A DNA stretch of 64,000 nt from Alphaproteobacteria bacterium (GCA_965237415.1 CBDEFM010000002.1:3328001-3392000); one strand, 5' to 3'; positions 51,778-62,310 are shown, counted from the first letter of the stretch. Notes: a model not told the origin generated them from the letters alone. Made by a program: numbers and translations.

Positions 51778-52559
51778 GGGCCCGGCTCGCCGACATCGAC
51801 GTCGGCTACACGCGCATGGGAGAGGGACCGACGGCGGTCATGCTCCACGGCCTTGCGGAGGACCGGAACAGCTGGGCGGATGTCCAGCGCCGACTGAGCG
51901 ATTTCACGACCTACGCCTACGACCTTCGCGGTCACGGCGAAACCGACCTGGGCGAGGCCGAGGGCTCGCTGGAACAGCTGGGCGGCGACCTCATTGCCTT
52001 CCTCGAGGCGTTGACGGGTCCCGCCGACTGCATCGGCTACTCGCTCGGCGGCGCCGTGGTCCTCTGGGTCGCGGCCAGGCGGCCCGATTTGGTGACCCGA
52101 GCCACGGTCGCCGGTACCTCGACCGTTGTCGGACGGCGCGCCGCCGGGTTCTTCCGCGACCGCATCGAGACGATTCGGAGCGATTTCTCCGGCTTTGGCA
52201 GCGTGCTGAAGGAGGATACGCGCCAGCAGCTCGTCGTCGCCGGCGACCGACTGGAAGAAGTCACGGCCCGACGCCTGAAAGCGATCGGCGCTGGGGATGG
52301 CTACGTCAATGCCGCCCGCGCGATGGCGCGACTCAACGAGGATCCGCTCACCCAGGTCCTGCCGGAAATCACCTGCCCGGTCCATGTGATCGGCGGCGAG
52401 GCCGACGTGTTCTGTCCGCGCAAGGCGGCGGAGATCATGATCGCCGCTCTGCGCCACGGAACCTATCACGAGGTGGCTCGGGCCGGGCATCTGATGAGCG
52501 TCGATCAACCCGAGGCCTATGCGCAGGCCATTCGCAACGCACTCGAAAGCAGCGCCTGA
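51774..52559 (+). CDS. Alpha/beta hydrolase (enol-lactone hydrolase-like)
   Basis: LHGL, DLRGHG, GYSLGG, D...GH triad. Confidence 0.88.
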   Translation: MRARLADIDVGYTRMGEGPTAVMLHGLAEDRNSWADVQRRLSDFTTYAYDLRGHGETDLGEAEGSLEQLGGDLIAFLEALTGPADCIGYSLGGAVVLWVAARRPDLVTRATVAGTSTVVGRRAAGFFRDRIETIRSDFSGFGSVLKEDTRQQLVVAGDRLEEVTARRLKAIGAGDGYVNAARAMARLNEDPLTQVLPEITCPVHVIGGEADVFCPRKAAEIMIAALRHGTYHEVARAGHLMSVDQPEAYAQAIRNALESSA

Positions 52560-53563
52560 TGGTGAAGAGGTTTGGAATTTCGAGAGGAGTCAGCCCGCGA
52601 GAGACGTTCGGCCAGGTCGGGGAGATCGCGAGGAAGGCCGAGGAACTCGGCTTCGAAGCACTGTGGTTCATCGATCATCAGCTCGGAATGAAGGACGTCT
52701 ATGCGGCGATGAACGTTGCGGCGATGGCGACCGGTTCGATCGAGATCGGTTGTGCGGTCACCAACCTTCGGACGCGTCATCCGACGGTCACCGCCAACGC
52801 CACGACCGCACTCGACGAGCTTTCCGATGGACGCGCCCTGCTGGGCCTCGGCGCGGGTTGGGTCGCCGTCCATTCCATCGGCGAGAAGCCGAACAGAATC
52901 GCCGAACTTCGGGAGGGCATAGAGCTGTTTCGCGAGCTGTTCTCGGGCGAGGAAATCGATTTTGCCGGCGCCAAGGGGCGGCTCGCCACCGCGCGCCGGC
53001 AGATCCCGATCTATCTCGCCGTCTCGCAGCCCCGCATGCTCGAGCTTTCGGGCGAGCTTTGCGACGGCGCCATCCTGATGGGGGCGGCTGACCCGGACTT
53101 CTGCAACTGGCAGATCGAACACATCTACCGGGGTCTTCGAAAGGCCGGGCGCAAGCGCGAGGACATCCTGATCGATCTCATCGTCACGATGAGTATCGAT
53201 GAGGATGCCGAACAGGCGGTCGACGACGTCCGTGCCTGGGCGACCAGCCAAGCCGCGACCTTCGCCGTTTGGAAGTCGATGCCGCCGGGGTGGGAACGCT
53301 TTCGACCCGAATTCAAGGCCGCCGAGGATGCCTACCACTTCGAGGAACACCTATCGCTGCGTGCCGAGCACAAGGAGATCGTGAGCGAGGAGTTCGTGCG
53401 TTCGGTGACGATATCCGGCGATCGGGATCATTGCCTCTCCCGACTGCTCGAACTCTCGACGGTCGACATCGATCGCATCAGCTTCGCCCTGCTCTCCAGA
53501 GGCCGCCTGCGTCGACTGGAAGAACTCGGCAAGCACGTGATCCCTCGGCTCAAAACGGATTAG
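52559..53563 (+). CDS. LLM class flavin/F420-dependent oxidoreductase (Mer-like)
   Basis: AEELGFEALW, VTNLRTRHP, LDELSDGRALLGLGAG motifs. Confidence 0.88.
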   Translation: MVKRFGISRGVSPRETFGQVGEIARKAEELGFEALWFIDHQLGMKDVYAAMNVAAMATGSIEIGCAVTNLRTRHPTVTANATTALDELSDGRALLGLGAGWVAVHSIGEKPNRIAELREGIELFRELFSGEEIDFAGAKGRLATARRQIPIYLAVSQPRMLELSGELCDGAILMGAADPDFCNWQIEHIYRGLRKAGRKREDILIDLIVTMSIDEDAEQAVDDVRAWATSQAATFAVWKSMPPGWERFRPEFKAAEDAYHFEEHLSLRAEHKEIVSEEFVRSVTISGDRDHCLSRLLELSTVDIDRISFALLSRGRLRRLEELGKHVIPRLKTD

Positions 53564-53575
53564 ACGGAGGCAGAA

Positions 53576-54355
53576 GTGCCGGCGCGGAATGAACATGACG
53601 GAGAACGCCGGGTGGCACTCGTCACCGCGGCGGCCGGTGCCGGCATCGGCGCCGCGATTGCGCGCCAACTCGCCACCGACGGCTACGACGTGGTGATTAC
53701 GGACGCCCACGAACGCCGTTGCGACGCGTTCGCCAGCCAACTCGCCGATGAACACGGCAGAGAGTTCCTGTCGATGCCGCTCGATGTGACCGATTTCGAC
53801 GCGGTGGGCGCCGTCACCCACGCCGTCGTCGGGCGGCGCGGCCGGATTGACGCCCTCGTCAACAACGCAGGGTGGAGCAAGATCGAGCCGGTCGCCGAGA
53901 TGACGCCCGACACTTGGCGGCGCTGCTTGGATGTCGACTTGAACGGCACCTTTTACGCTATGCGTCACGTACTCCCGCACATGATCGCGCGAGGCTCGGG
54001 GGCCATCGTCAACATCTCGTCGATTGCGGCCTGGGAAACGACGACCGAGCACGGCGCCGCCTATTCCGCGGCCAAGGCGGGGATTCTGGCGCTCACACGG
54101 GTCGCCGCCGCCGAGAACGGCCGGCATGGCATCCGCGTGAATGCCGTGGCGCCCGGGCTGATCTACAACGACTTTCTGCGCCGGATCTACCCCGACACGT
54201 TCTTTGACGGCTACGCGGAATCGCGGTCTCTGGTCGGCCGCGTCGGACAGCCCGGGGACATAGCGAATCTCGTTTCGTTCCTCATCAGCGACCGGGCCGG
54301 ATACATCACCGGGGAGGTGTATGGCATCAGCGGAGGCGTGTCTCCGAATGCCTGA
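53576..54355 (+). CDS. Short-chain dehydrogenase/reductase
   Basis: TAAAGAGIG, NNAG, YSAAK and NAVAPG motifs. Confidence 0.9.
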   Translation: MPARNEHDGERRVALVTAAAGAGIGAAIARQLATDGYDVVITDAHERRCDAFASQLADEHGREFLSMPLDVTDFDAVGAVTHAVVGRRGRIDALVNNAGWSKIEPVAEMTPDTWRRCLDVDLNGTFYAMRHVLPHMIARGSGAIVNISSIAAWETTTEHGAAYSAAKAGILALTRVAAAENGRHGIRVNAVAPGLIYNDFLRRIYPDTFFDGYAESRSLVGRVGQPGDIANLVSFLISDRAGYITGEVYGISGGVSPNA

Positions 54356-55748
54356 TTGCAGCAGCGAGAGCCCGATCTTCTGGCCGATCGCATCCCTGAT
54401 CGAGTCCTACCGAGAGGGCCTGTTGTCGCCGGTCGAGGTGGCGGATGAGGTGCTCGCGAGAATCGATCGACTGAATCCATCGCTTCATGCCTATCTCGTC
54501 CGCTTCGACGATCTCACGCGCCGGCAGGCGCGCGAGGCCGAGGCCGCCTACCGGGCCGGCCGGGCGTTGCCGCTAAGCGGCGTGCCGATTTCGATCAAGG
54601 ACACCTACCCGCTTGCCGGGGCGGTGACGACCTTCGGTTCGGTCGTGCACCGCCATAACCTCACGCGGCAGGACAGCGGGGTTGTTCGCCGGCTGAGAGC
54701 CTCGGGCGCCGTGTTCACTGGCAAGACCAACACCGCCGAATTCGGCCAGTCGGCGACCAGCGACAACCGCCTCGGGCCGGAGGCCTGCAACCCGTGGGAT
54801 ACCACGCGCACGCTGGGCGGCTCGAGCGGCGGCGCGGCGGTTTCGATCGCGGCCGGACTTGCCAGCGTCGCGCTTGCCGCCGACGGCGGCGGGTCGATCC
54901 GCATTCCGGCATCGTTCACCGGATTGCTCGGATTCAAACCCACCTACGGCCTTTGCCCCGACGAAGGCGGCCTGCCGGCGATGTCGGATTTCGTTTGCCC
55001 AGGTCCATTGGCAAGGCGCGCGGCCGATGCGCGGGCGTTCCTGGGCGCGCTTCTCGGTCGCAGGATGAGCCGTGCCAGCGCGGGGAGAGGGTTACGCATT
55101 GCCTGGTGCCCGCGCCCCGAAGGACGCCCCGTCGACCCTGGCGTCGCGGCGACCGTCAGTGCCGCCGTCGCGAGTCTCGGGGCCCTGGGCCATGAGGTCG
55201 TCGACACCGCGTTGCCCCTCGAAGGATGGAACCAAGCCTTTGGGCCGCTCGTCCTCGCCGAAGAACGCCGTGAGCGCGGTGACCTGCTCCACCGGTTCCC
55301 GGACGTGCTGAGCGACTATGTACGCAAGTCGCTGGTGGCGGCACGGACGCTCAGCGACGACGAAATTGCTGCTGGCCGCGCGGCGCATCGCAGCTATCGC
55401 GCCCGCATTGCGGCGCTGTTCGAAACCTGGGACGCGATCGCGACACCGGCAACGGCCGTCACCGCTTTTCCCTTCGATAGGCGGCCGAAGCGGATCGCCG
55501 GCCGCGAGGTCGACTGGCTTTGGGGCGCATTCCCCTTCGCCGTGCCGTTCAATGTCTCCGGCAATCCCGCCGCATCGCTGCCGTGCGGGCTCGCCGACGG
55601 TCTGCCCGTGGGTCTGCAACTCGTCATGCCGTTGAACGAGGACGAGAGACTTCTCGATCTTGCCGAAGATGTGGAAGAGGCGATCGCATTCGACTGGAGC
55701 CTGATGGGCGATCCAGCGCCGCGGCCGGCGGTGGGGGCGGCTTCGTGA
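54348..55748 (+). CDS. Amidase signature family protein
   Basis: SIKD, GKTN, GGSSGG and DGGGSIRIPAS motifs. Confidence 0.9.
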   Translation: MPDCSSESPIFWPIASLIESYREGLLSPVEVADEVLARIDRLNPSLHAYLVRFDDLTRRQAREAEAAYRAGRALPLSGVPISIKDTYPLAGAVTTFGSVVHRHNLTRQDSGVVRRLRASGAVFTGKTNTAEFGQSATSDNRLGPEACNPWDTTRTLGGSSGGAAVSIAAGLASVALAADGGGSIRIPASFTGLLGFKPTYGLCPDEGGLPAMSDFVCPGPLARRAADARAFLGALLGRRMSRASAGRGLRIAWCPRPEGRPVDPGVAATVSAAVASLGALGHEVVDTALPLEGWNQAFGPLVLAEERRERGDLLHRFPDVLSDYVRKSLVAARTLSDDEIAAGRAAHRSYRARIAALFETWDAIATPATAVTAFPFDRRPKRIAGREVDWLWGAFPFAVPFNVSGNPAASLPCGLADGLPVGLQLVMPLNEDERLLDLAEDVEEAIAFDWSLMGDPAPRPAVGAAS

Positions 55749-56494
55749 GCGGGCGTGTGGCCACGTGGTCGCACGACGGTGTGCTCGAGGTTACCTTCGA
55801 GAACGCTCGACGCCGGAACGCGCTTTCCCGCACGCTTCTGTCGGCGCTCAGTCGGGCGATTGACGATGCCCGCGCAGGCGACTTCCGGGTGGTGGTTCTC
55901 GCCGGCGCGGGCGACGGGTTCAGCGCCGGCGCCGATCTCGCCGACCTGAAGGGCACGATCGACGACCGTGCCGTGGACGACGCCATACAGGGTGTCGCCG
56001 AATCTATTCGCGATTGCCCGGCACCGGTCATCGCGGCCGTCGAGGGTCCGTGTATCGGCGGCGCGCTTGAATTGGCGCTGAACTGCGATGCCATCGTGGC
56101 CGCCGAGGGTGCGTATTTCGCGCTTCCCGCGACGCATCTCGGCTTGCTTTACGATCCACGTGCCGTGGCGCGCCTCCGCCTTCGCTTGAATCCTGCCGCT
56201 CTGAGATGGCTGCTTCTGCTTGGCGAGCAGATCGATGCCCATACCGGGGCGGCGATGGGCCTGGTTGCCTGTGTCGTCCGCGAGGGCACCTCCAGGGCCG
56301 AGGCGCGGGCGCTGGCCGAGCGGGTATCGGCTCGCTCACCACACGCCGTCGCGGCAACCAAGAAGCTGCTCAACGAGTTCGAGCAGGGCTGCGCCCGGCT
56401 CGACGAGTGGGAACGCGCGCGCCTCGACATCCTCGACTCGACCGAGCGACGCGAGCGGGTCGAACAGGCGAAGGTGCGTCTGGGGCTGGCGTGA
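55745..56494 (+). CDS. Enoyl-CoA hydratase/isomerase (crotonase) family protein
   Basis: RRNAL, FSAGADL and GGALELALNCD motifs. Confidence 0.88.
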   Translation: MSGRVATWSHDGVLEVTFENARRRNALSRTLLSALSRAIDDARAGDFRVVVLAGAGDGFSAGADLADLKGTIDDRAVDDAIQGVAESIRDCPAPVIAAVEGPCIGGALELALNCDAIVAAEGAYFALPATHLGLLYDPRAVARLRLRLNPAALRWLLLLGEQIDAHTGAAMGLVACVVREGTSRAEARALAERVSARSPHAVAATKKLLNEFEQGCARLDEWERARLDILDSTERRERVEQAKVRLGLA

Positions 56495-56675
56495 TCGGCT
56501 CGCTCGGATCGCGCTCATGACGAACGGGAGGGACCCGATGAAATGATGACGTCGAGATCATATCGCCCCGTCACCGGACACCGGGTCCGGAACGGTCGCC
56601 ATCGTGGCGCGGCTCTCAAGGAATTCGTCTGACAAGCGAGTACCGCGCGAGATTCTGGTTCATTGGGAGGAGAAG

Positions 56676-57902
56676 ATGAGACCTTTCAAGGCGCTTCTAA
56701 CAGCGACCAGCGCCGCCGCCGTGATCGCGGCCGGCGTCGCGGTCGGGTCCGCGTTCGGGTCCGCCGAGGCAGAGACCATTCGCATCGGCGACATCAATTC
56801 GTACACGCGGCTGCCGGCACACACGGTTCCCTACCGGCAAGGGGCAATTCTCGCGATCGAGGAGGTCAACCGCTCGGGCGGCGTGCTCGGGCGCGAGCTC
56901 GAGCTCATATCGCACGACGATCAGGGGAAACCGGGCGAGGCGGTCAAGGTGGCCGAGCGGCTCTTCGCCCGCGACAAGGTGGCCCTGATCTCGGGCTCGC
57001 TGTTCAGCCACGTCGGGTTGGCGCTGACCGCCTACGCCAAGCAGAGCAAGCAATTGTACATCGCGGCCGAGCCGCTGGCCGACGCCCTGGTCTGGGCTCA
57101 GGGCAACCGCTACACCTTCCGGCTGCGCCCGTCGACCTACATGCAGGCGGCAATGCTCGCCGCCGAGGTGGCGAAGGTCGAGGACGCCAAGCGTTGGGCA
57201 ACCATCGCGCCCAACTATGCCTACGGCAAGGATGCTGTCGCGGCGTTCCAGAGGGTGTTGACAGAGTTGCGACCGGATGTGGAGTTCGTCGGTTCGCAAT
57301 GGCCGGCGCTGTTCAAGATCGACGCCGGGGCCGAGGTCGAGGCGCTCAAGCGCCTGGAACCGGACGCGATCTACAATGTCACCTTTGGCAGCGATCTCGC
57401 CAAGTTCGTGCGCGAGGGCAGGTTGCGCGGCCTCTTCGAGGGGCGACTGATGGTCGGATTGCTGACCGGCGAGCCCGAATACATCGATCCCCTGAAGGAC
57501 GAGGCACCCGAGGGCTGGCTGGTTACCGGTTACCCCTGGTACGACATCGAGACTCCGGCGCACAAGGCGTTCGTGGACGCCTATCAGCAGCGTTGGGACG
57601 ACTATCCGCGGATCGGCTCGGTCGTCGGCTACAACACGATGCTGGCCATCAAGGCAATGTTTGAACGGGCCGGCTCGACCGACACGGAGAAGATGGTCGA
57701 TGCCATGGAAGGGCTGAGTTACGAGTCGCCGACCGGGCCCATCACGTTTCGGGCGATCGATCATCAATCGACAATGGGGGCCTATGTCGGCTGGACCAAG
57801 TTGCGCGACGGAAAGGGCGTCATGGTCGACTGGAAATACCTCGACGGCGCCGACTACCTGCCGTCGGATGACGAGGTCCGGAAACTGCGCAGCGGAGGCT
57901 GA
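56676..57902 (+). CDS. Branched-chain-type ABC substrate-binding protein
   Basis: Signal peptide; IGDINSY, GGVLGRELE and FRAIDHQ motifs; GGGAGGAG RBS. Confidence 0.9.
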   Translation: MRPFKALLTATSAAAVIAAGVAVGSAFGSAEAETIRIGDINSYTRLPAHTVPYRQGAILAIEEVNRSGGVLGRELELISHDDQGKPGEAVKVAERLFARDKVALISGSLFSHVGLALTAYAKQSKQLYIAAEPLADALVWAQGNRYTFRLRPSTYMQAAMLAAEVAKVEDAKRWATIAPNYAYGKDAVAAFQRVLTELRPDVEFVGSQWPALFKIDAGAEVEALKRLEPDAIYNVTFGSDLAKFVREGRLRGLFEGRLMVGLLTGEPEYIDPLKDEAPEGWLVTGYPWYDIETPAHKAFVDAYQQRWDDYPRIGSVVGYNTMLAIKAMFERAGSTDTEKMVDAMEGLSYESPTGPITFRAIDHQSTMGAYVGWTKLRDGKGVMVDWKYLDGADYLPSDDEVRKLRSGG

Positions 57903-57912
57903 GCCGGCGCAT

Positions 57913-57942
57913 CGTCAGGGGCCGGGCAGCCGGCCCCTGACG
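57913..57942 (+). terminator. GC-rich hairpin after SBP gene (mRNA stabiliser or terminator)
   Basis: CGTCAGGGGCCGG-GCAG-CCGGCCCCTGACG; no U tract. Confidence 0.5.
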
Positions 57943-57994
57943 CTGGTGCCGGGAATAAAAGTAGTCTGAGCGAGAGAGCCGGAAGAGCCGGAGC

Positions 57995-59935
57995 GTGGCG
58001 GATTTCATTGTCAGCTTACTGACGGGGTTGTCCAGCGCCTCAGCCATGTTCCTGGTCGCGTCGGGGTTGTCGATCATCTTCGGGGTGACCCGGATCGTGA
58101 ACTTCGCCCACGGCTCGTTCTACATGCTGGGCGCCTACATCGGATACACGTTGGTCCAGACGATCGGCTCCACGGGGATCGGCTTTTGGGCTGCCGTCCT
58201 GATTGCCGCCGTCGCCGTCGGCGTGATCGGCGTGGTCATGGAGATCCTGCTGCTTCGTCGGATCTACAAGGCGCCGGAGCTTTTTCAGCTGATCGCGACC
58301 TTCGGGGTCATCTTGGTAATCCAGGACGTGACTCTATGGGTCTGGGGATCGGAGGACCTCGTCGGCCCGCAGGCCCCTGGCCTCAAGGGCGCAGTCAATA
58401 TCCTCGGCAAGCCGATTCCCGAATACGATCTGGCCCTGATCGCGATATCGCCGCTGGTGCTGATCGGCTTGTGGGCGCTGTTCAAACTGACACGCTGGGG
58501 CACGCTGGTCCGGGCCGCGACGCAGGACCGGCAGATGGTGGCGGCGCTGGGCGTCAACCAACGCTGGTTGTTTACCGGTGTTCTGTTTCTCGGCTCCGCT
58601 CTCGCCGGGCTGGGTGGCGCCGTTCAGATCCCCAAGGGCGGCGCCGACCTGCTGATGGATTTCAATATCCTCGCCGTCGCATTCGTCGTGGTCGTCGTGG
58701 GCGGCATGGGCAGCATTTTCGGCGCCTTCTGGGCCGCGGTGCTGTTCGGCGTCCTCCAGACCTTCGGCATCCAGATACTGCCGAACTCGACGCTGGTGCT
58801 GATGTTCCTGGTCATGGCGGTGGTCCTGATCTTCCGGCCGTGGGGGCTGCTCGGTATGCCGGAAACATTGGGTCAAGCGCCCCCCGGTCCACCCGAGCAG
58901 CCACTGCGTCCGGCCTTGCCGCGGGTACGCGCATTGGGCGGCGCGGCTACCGCGGTGCTCCTCGTGCTTCCGATCGTGCATATCGTCTTCCCCGAGGTGG
59001 TCGGCACTTTCACATTGGTTCTGGTGATCGAGATCATGGTCTTTGTGCTGTTCGCGGCGGCGCTCCATTTCATCATGGGCCCGGGCGGGATGGTCAGCTT
59101 CGGCCACGCCGCATATTTCGGTGGCGGTGCTTATGCGGCCGCGCTCCTGGTGAAGTTCGCGGATGCACCGTTCGAGCTCGCGTTTTGGGCCGCGCCGGTC
59201 GGCGGGGCGCTGCTTGCTTTTCTGTTCGGCTGGTTCTGCGTGCGTCTGAGCGGTGTCTACTTTGCGATGTTGACGCTCGCCTTCGCGCAGATCGCATGGG
59301 CGTTCGTGTTTCAGGACATGCCGGGCAGCGTGCTCAAGATGTTTGGGATCGCAGACGAGTTCGGCACGCCGCTCAAGATAACCGGCGGTGACGACGGCCT
59401 GAACGACATCTGGCCGTCGCAATGGGCGAGTACGCGTATCTCATACTACTACATCACCGTGGGACTCAGCGTGGCCGCGCTCTGGATCATGCGGCGGTTC
59501 TTATATGCGCCGTTCGGCTATACCTTGCGCGCCGGTCGCGACTCGCCGTTGCGGGCAGCCGCGATCGGGATCGATCTCACGCGCCATCGTTGGCTGGCCT
59601 TTGCGGTCTCCGGCGCGTTTACAGGCCTTGCCGGTGCCCTGTTCCTGTTCTCGAAGGGCAGTATCTTCCCAACCACGCTGGAAATCGCGCGCTCCTTCGA
59701 CGCTTTGTTGATGGTGCTCTTCGGCGGCGTGCAGTCGCTGTTCGGCCCGATCTTCGGCGCCGCCGCCCTAACCTGGCTCAACGATCTATTCAGCGTCCTC
59801 AGCTATTGGCGGTTCCTGCTTGGTGTGACCATCATCGCCCTGGTGCTGCTGCTTCCCCAGGGGCTCGCCGGTTTCGCCGGCACGCGGCTGGGCCGGCGAC
59901 TCCGGCTGGCGCGGCCGGAGGAAATGGCGGCATGA
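57995..59935 (+). CDS. Fused LivH-LivM type ABC permease
   Basis: GLSIIFGVTRIVNFAHG then GMVSFGHAAYFG and SGVYFAMLTLA in one 646-aa ORF. Confidence 0.9.
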   Translation: MADFIVSLLTGLSSASAMFLVASGLSIIFGVTRIVNFAHGSFYMLGAYIGYTLVQTIGSTGIGFWAAVLIAAVAVGVIGVVMEILLLRRIYKAPELFQLIATFGVILVIQDVTLWVWGSEDLVGPQAPGLKGAVNILGKPIPEYDLALIAISPLVLIGLWALFKLTRWGTLVRAATQDRQMVAALGVNQRWLFTGVLFLGSALAGLGGAVQIPKGGADLLMDFNILAVAFVVVVVGGMGSIFGAFWAAVLFGVLQTFGIQILPNSTLVLMFLVMAVVLIFRPWGLLGMPETLGQAPPGPPEQPLRPALPRVRALGGAATAVLLVLPIVHIVFPEVVGTFTLVLVIEIMVFVLFAAALHFIMGPGGMVSFGHAAYFGGGAYAAALLVKFADAPFELAFWAAPVGGALLAFLFGWFCVRLSGVYFAMLTLAFAQIAWAFVFQDMPGSVLKMFGIADEFGTPLKITGGDDGLNDIWPSQWASTRISYYYITVGLSVAALWIMRRFLYAPFGYTLRAGRDSPLRAAAIGIDLTRHRWLAFAVSGAFTGLAGALFLFSKGSIFPTTLEIARSFDALLMVLFGGVQSLFGPIFGAAALTWLNDLFSVLSYWRFLLGVTIIALVLLLPQGLAGFAGTRLGRRLRLARPEEMAA

Positions 59936-60720
59936 GTGTGGCGCAGCACGAGCGCGTTCCGGTGCTTGAGGTCGAAGCGCTGAGCAAGTCGTTCGGCGGG
60001 GTGCGGGCGGTGGAGCGGGTCTCGTTCACGCTCTCGTCGAGCGAGCTCCTGGCCATGATAGGACCCAATGGCGCGGGCAAGACGACCTGCTTCAACATGG
60101 TGAACGGCCAGCTCCGGCCCGATGCCGGCTCGGTACGGCTCAACGGTCGAAGCATTCTGGGCCTGCCACCCCAGTCTATCTGGCGGCTCGGCGTCGGGCG
60201 GACATTCCAGATCACCGCGACCTTCGCGTCGATGACCGTGCGCGAAAATGTGCAAATGGTGTTGATCAACTACCATCGCCGATCGCGGGCATTGTGGCGG
60301 CCGGCGAAGAACCACTACGTCGACGAGGCCATGACGTTGCTGGAACGCGTCGGCATGGACCAGCAATACGACAGAGCCTGTGGGGTGCTGGCCTATGGCG
60401 ACCTCAAGCGGGTCGAGCTTGCGATCGCGCTGGCGAACGAACCCAAACTCCTGCTCATGGACGAACCGACCGCGGGCATGGCGCCCAGGGAACGCATGGA
60501 GTTGATGCAGCTCACCGCCGAGATCGTGCAGGAACGAGGCATCGCCGCTCTCTTCACCGAACACGACATGGACGTGGTCTTCACCCACGCCGACCGAATC
60601 ATGGTGCTGGATCGGGGAGAGCTGATTTCCGAAGGCCCGCCGATGGCGGTGCGGTCGAACAAGAAAGTCCAAGAGATCTATTTGGGCAGCGGCACCATGC
60701 ATGGCGTCGAACTCTCATGA
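59932..60720 (+). CDS. ABC ATPase (LivG-like)
   Basis: GPNGAGKTT, LAYGD and DEPTAG motifs. Confidence 0.9.
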   Translation: MSVAQHERVPVLEVEALSKSFGGVRAVERVSFTLSSSELLAMIGPNGAGKTTCFNMVNGQLRPDAGSVRLNGRSILGLPPQSIWRLGVGRTFQITATFASMTVRENVQMVLINYHRRSRALWRPAKNHYVDEAMTLLERVGMDQQYDRACGVLAYGDLKRVELAIALANEPKLLLMDEPTAGMAPRERMELMQLTAEIVQERGIAALFTEHDMDVVFTHADRIMVLDRGELISEGPPMAVRSNKKVQEIYLGSGTMHGVELS

Positions 60721-61442
60721 CCGTGGCGACAGGCGCCAGAGTCCTCGAGTTGACCGGTGTCGACACCTTCTACGGTCGGGCGCAGATCCTGTCCGAAGTT
60801 TCGCTCGAGGTTCGTCGAAGCGAGGTCGTGGCGCTGCTCGGCCGCAACGGCGCAGGCAAGTCGACGACGATCAAGTCGATCATCGGCCTGGTCCGACTCG
60901 CGAAGGGCGAGATCTCCTTCGAGGGGAAGCCGATACAGGGATTGGAACCGTTCCAAATCAGCCGTCTCGGACTGGGATACGTACCCGAGGACCGGCGAGT
61001 GTTCACCAGCCTGACCGTCGCCGAGAACCTCGAGGTCGGTCGCCAGCCCCGGCGCGAGAATGCGCCGGAATGGACGCACGACAAGCTTTTCGCGTTGTTT
61101 CCCAACCTCGCGGCGATGAGCGACCGGCTCGGTGGCTTGATGAGCGGAGGGGAACAACAGATGCTGACCATCGCGCGCACGCTGATGGGCAACCCAACGA
61201 CCATGCTGCTCGACGAGCCGTCCGAGGGTCTCGCACCCGTCATCGTCGAGCAGGTGGCGAAGACCATCCTCGATCTCAAGGCGCAGGGCCTGTCGATCCT
61301 GCTCTCCGAACAGAACCTCCATTTGTCGACCCTCGTTTCGGATCGCGCCTACATTATCGAAAAGGGCCGCATCCGCTACGAGGGGTCGATGACGGAACTT
61401 GCCGAGAACGAGGAGATCCGCGCCGCTTACCTCATGGTCTGA
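60717..61442 (+). CDS. ABC ATPase (LivF-like)
   Basis: GRNGAGKST, MSGGEQQM, DEPSEGLAP and SEQN motifs. Confidence 0.9.
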   Translation: MTVATGARVLELTGVDTFYGRAQILSEVSLEVRRSEVVALLGRNGAGKSTTIKSIIGLVRLAKGEISFEGKPIQGLEPFQISRLGLGYVPEDRRVFTSLTVAENLEVGRQPRRENAPEWTHDKLFALFPNLAAMSDRLGGLMSGGEQQMLTIARTLMGNPTTMLLDEPSEGLAPVIVEQVAKTILDLKAQGLSILLSEQNLHLSTLVSDRAYIIEKGRIRYEGSMTELAENEEIRAAYLMV

Positions 61443-61491
61443 AAAGCGCAAACCAGCGCCTCGGCGGCGGCATAGAGGAGAACGCGATCCC

Positions 61492-62283
61492 ATGGAGCTC
61501 AAGGACCTGGCCGGGCAGGATCTTGGCACCCGAACCATCGCCTACGACGCACGCGACGCGATACTCTATGCGCTCGCCGTCGGGGCCTCGAGCGATGAGA
61601 CGGACCTCGTCTACGAGCGGGACCTCAGGGTGTTGCCGACCTATGCCTGTGCCCTCGGTCTTTGGGCGGTCGAGAAGGCAGGCGGCCTCGGTGCCTATGA
61701 CCGGAACATGTCGCTCCATGCCGCCCAGAGCCTGGAGCTGCATGCGCCGATGCCGCGCAGCGGCTCGTTCGAGGCTCGCGGGTGGATCGCCGAGGTATGG
61801 GATAAGGGCAAAGCAGCGATTGTCACAATCGTCGTGGAGTGCGAGATCTTCACAGCGCGCTACGGCATCTTCCTACCGGGGCGCGGAGGTTGGGGAGGCG
61901 AGCGGGGGCCGTCGGCTTCGTCTCAGGAATGCCACCCGTCCTGGCAAGGCCGCCACGCGACCGATCGTAGCCGGGCGGCGCTTTACCGACTGACCGGCGA
62001 CCTGCATCCGATCCACATCGACAGCGAGGTCGCGCGCGCCAACGGCTTCGATCGACCGATCCTGCACGGCCTTTGCACGCTCGGAATCGCGGCGCGAATG
62101 CTCGCCGAGCCGGCAGGAGCTCATCCGGGCGAACTCAGGCGCCTCGAGGCGCGCCTCGCGGCGCCGGTGATGCCGGGGGATGCGATCGACGTGACCGCGG
62201 ATGGTAATGCCGCCGGGCTGTTCTTCCAGGCGAAGGTTGGAGAGATCGCGGTCCTCACAGGCGGGCGTGCGGTCTTCGGCTGA
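61492..62283 (+). CDS. MaoC-like double-hotdog (R)-enoyl-CoA hydratase
   Basis: LYALAVG, YRLTGDLHPIHID and PILHGLCTLG hydratase-2 motif. Confidence 0.88.
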   Translation: MELKDLAGQDLGTRTIAYDARDAILYALAVGASSDETDLVYERDLRVLPTYACALGLWAVEKAGGLGAYDRNMSLHAAQSLELHAPMPRSGSFEARGWIAEVWDKGKAAIVTIVVECEIFTARYGIFLPGRGGWGGERGPSASSQECHPSWQGRHATDRSRAALYRLTGDLHPIHIDSEVARANGFDRPILHGLCTLGIAARMLAEPAGAHPGELRRLEARLAAPVMPGDAIDVTADGNAAGLFFQAKVGEIAVLTGGRAVFG

Positions 62284-62310
62284 CATTGCGGGATCGAGAG
62301 CCCCCGGTCC

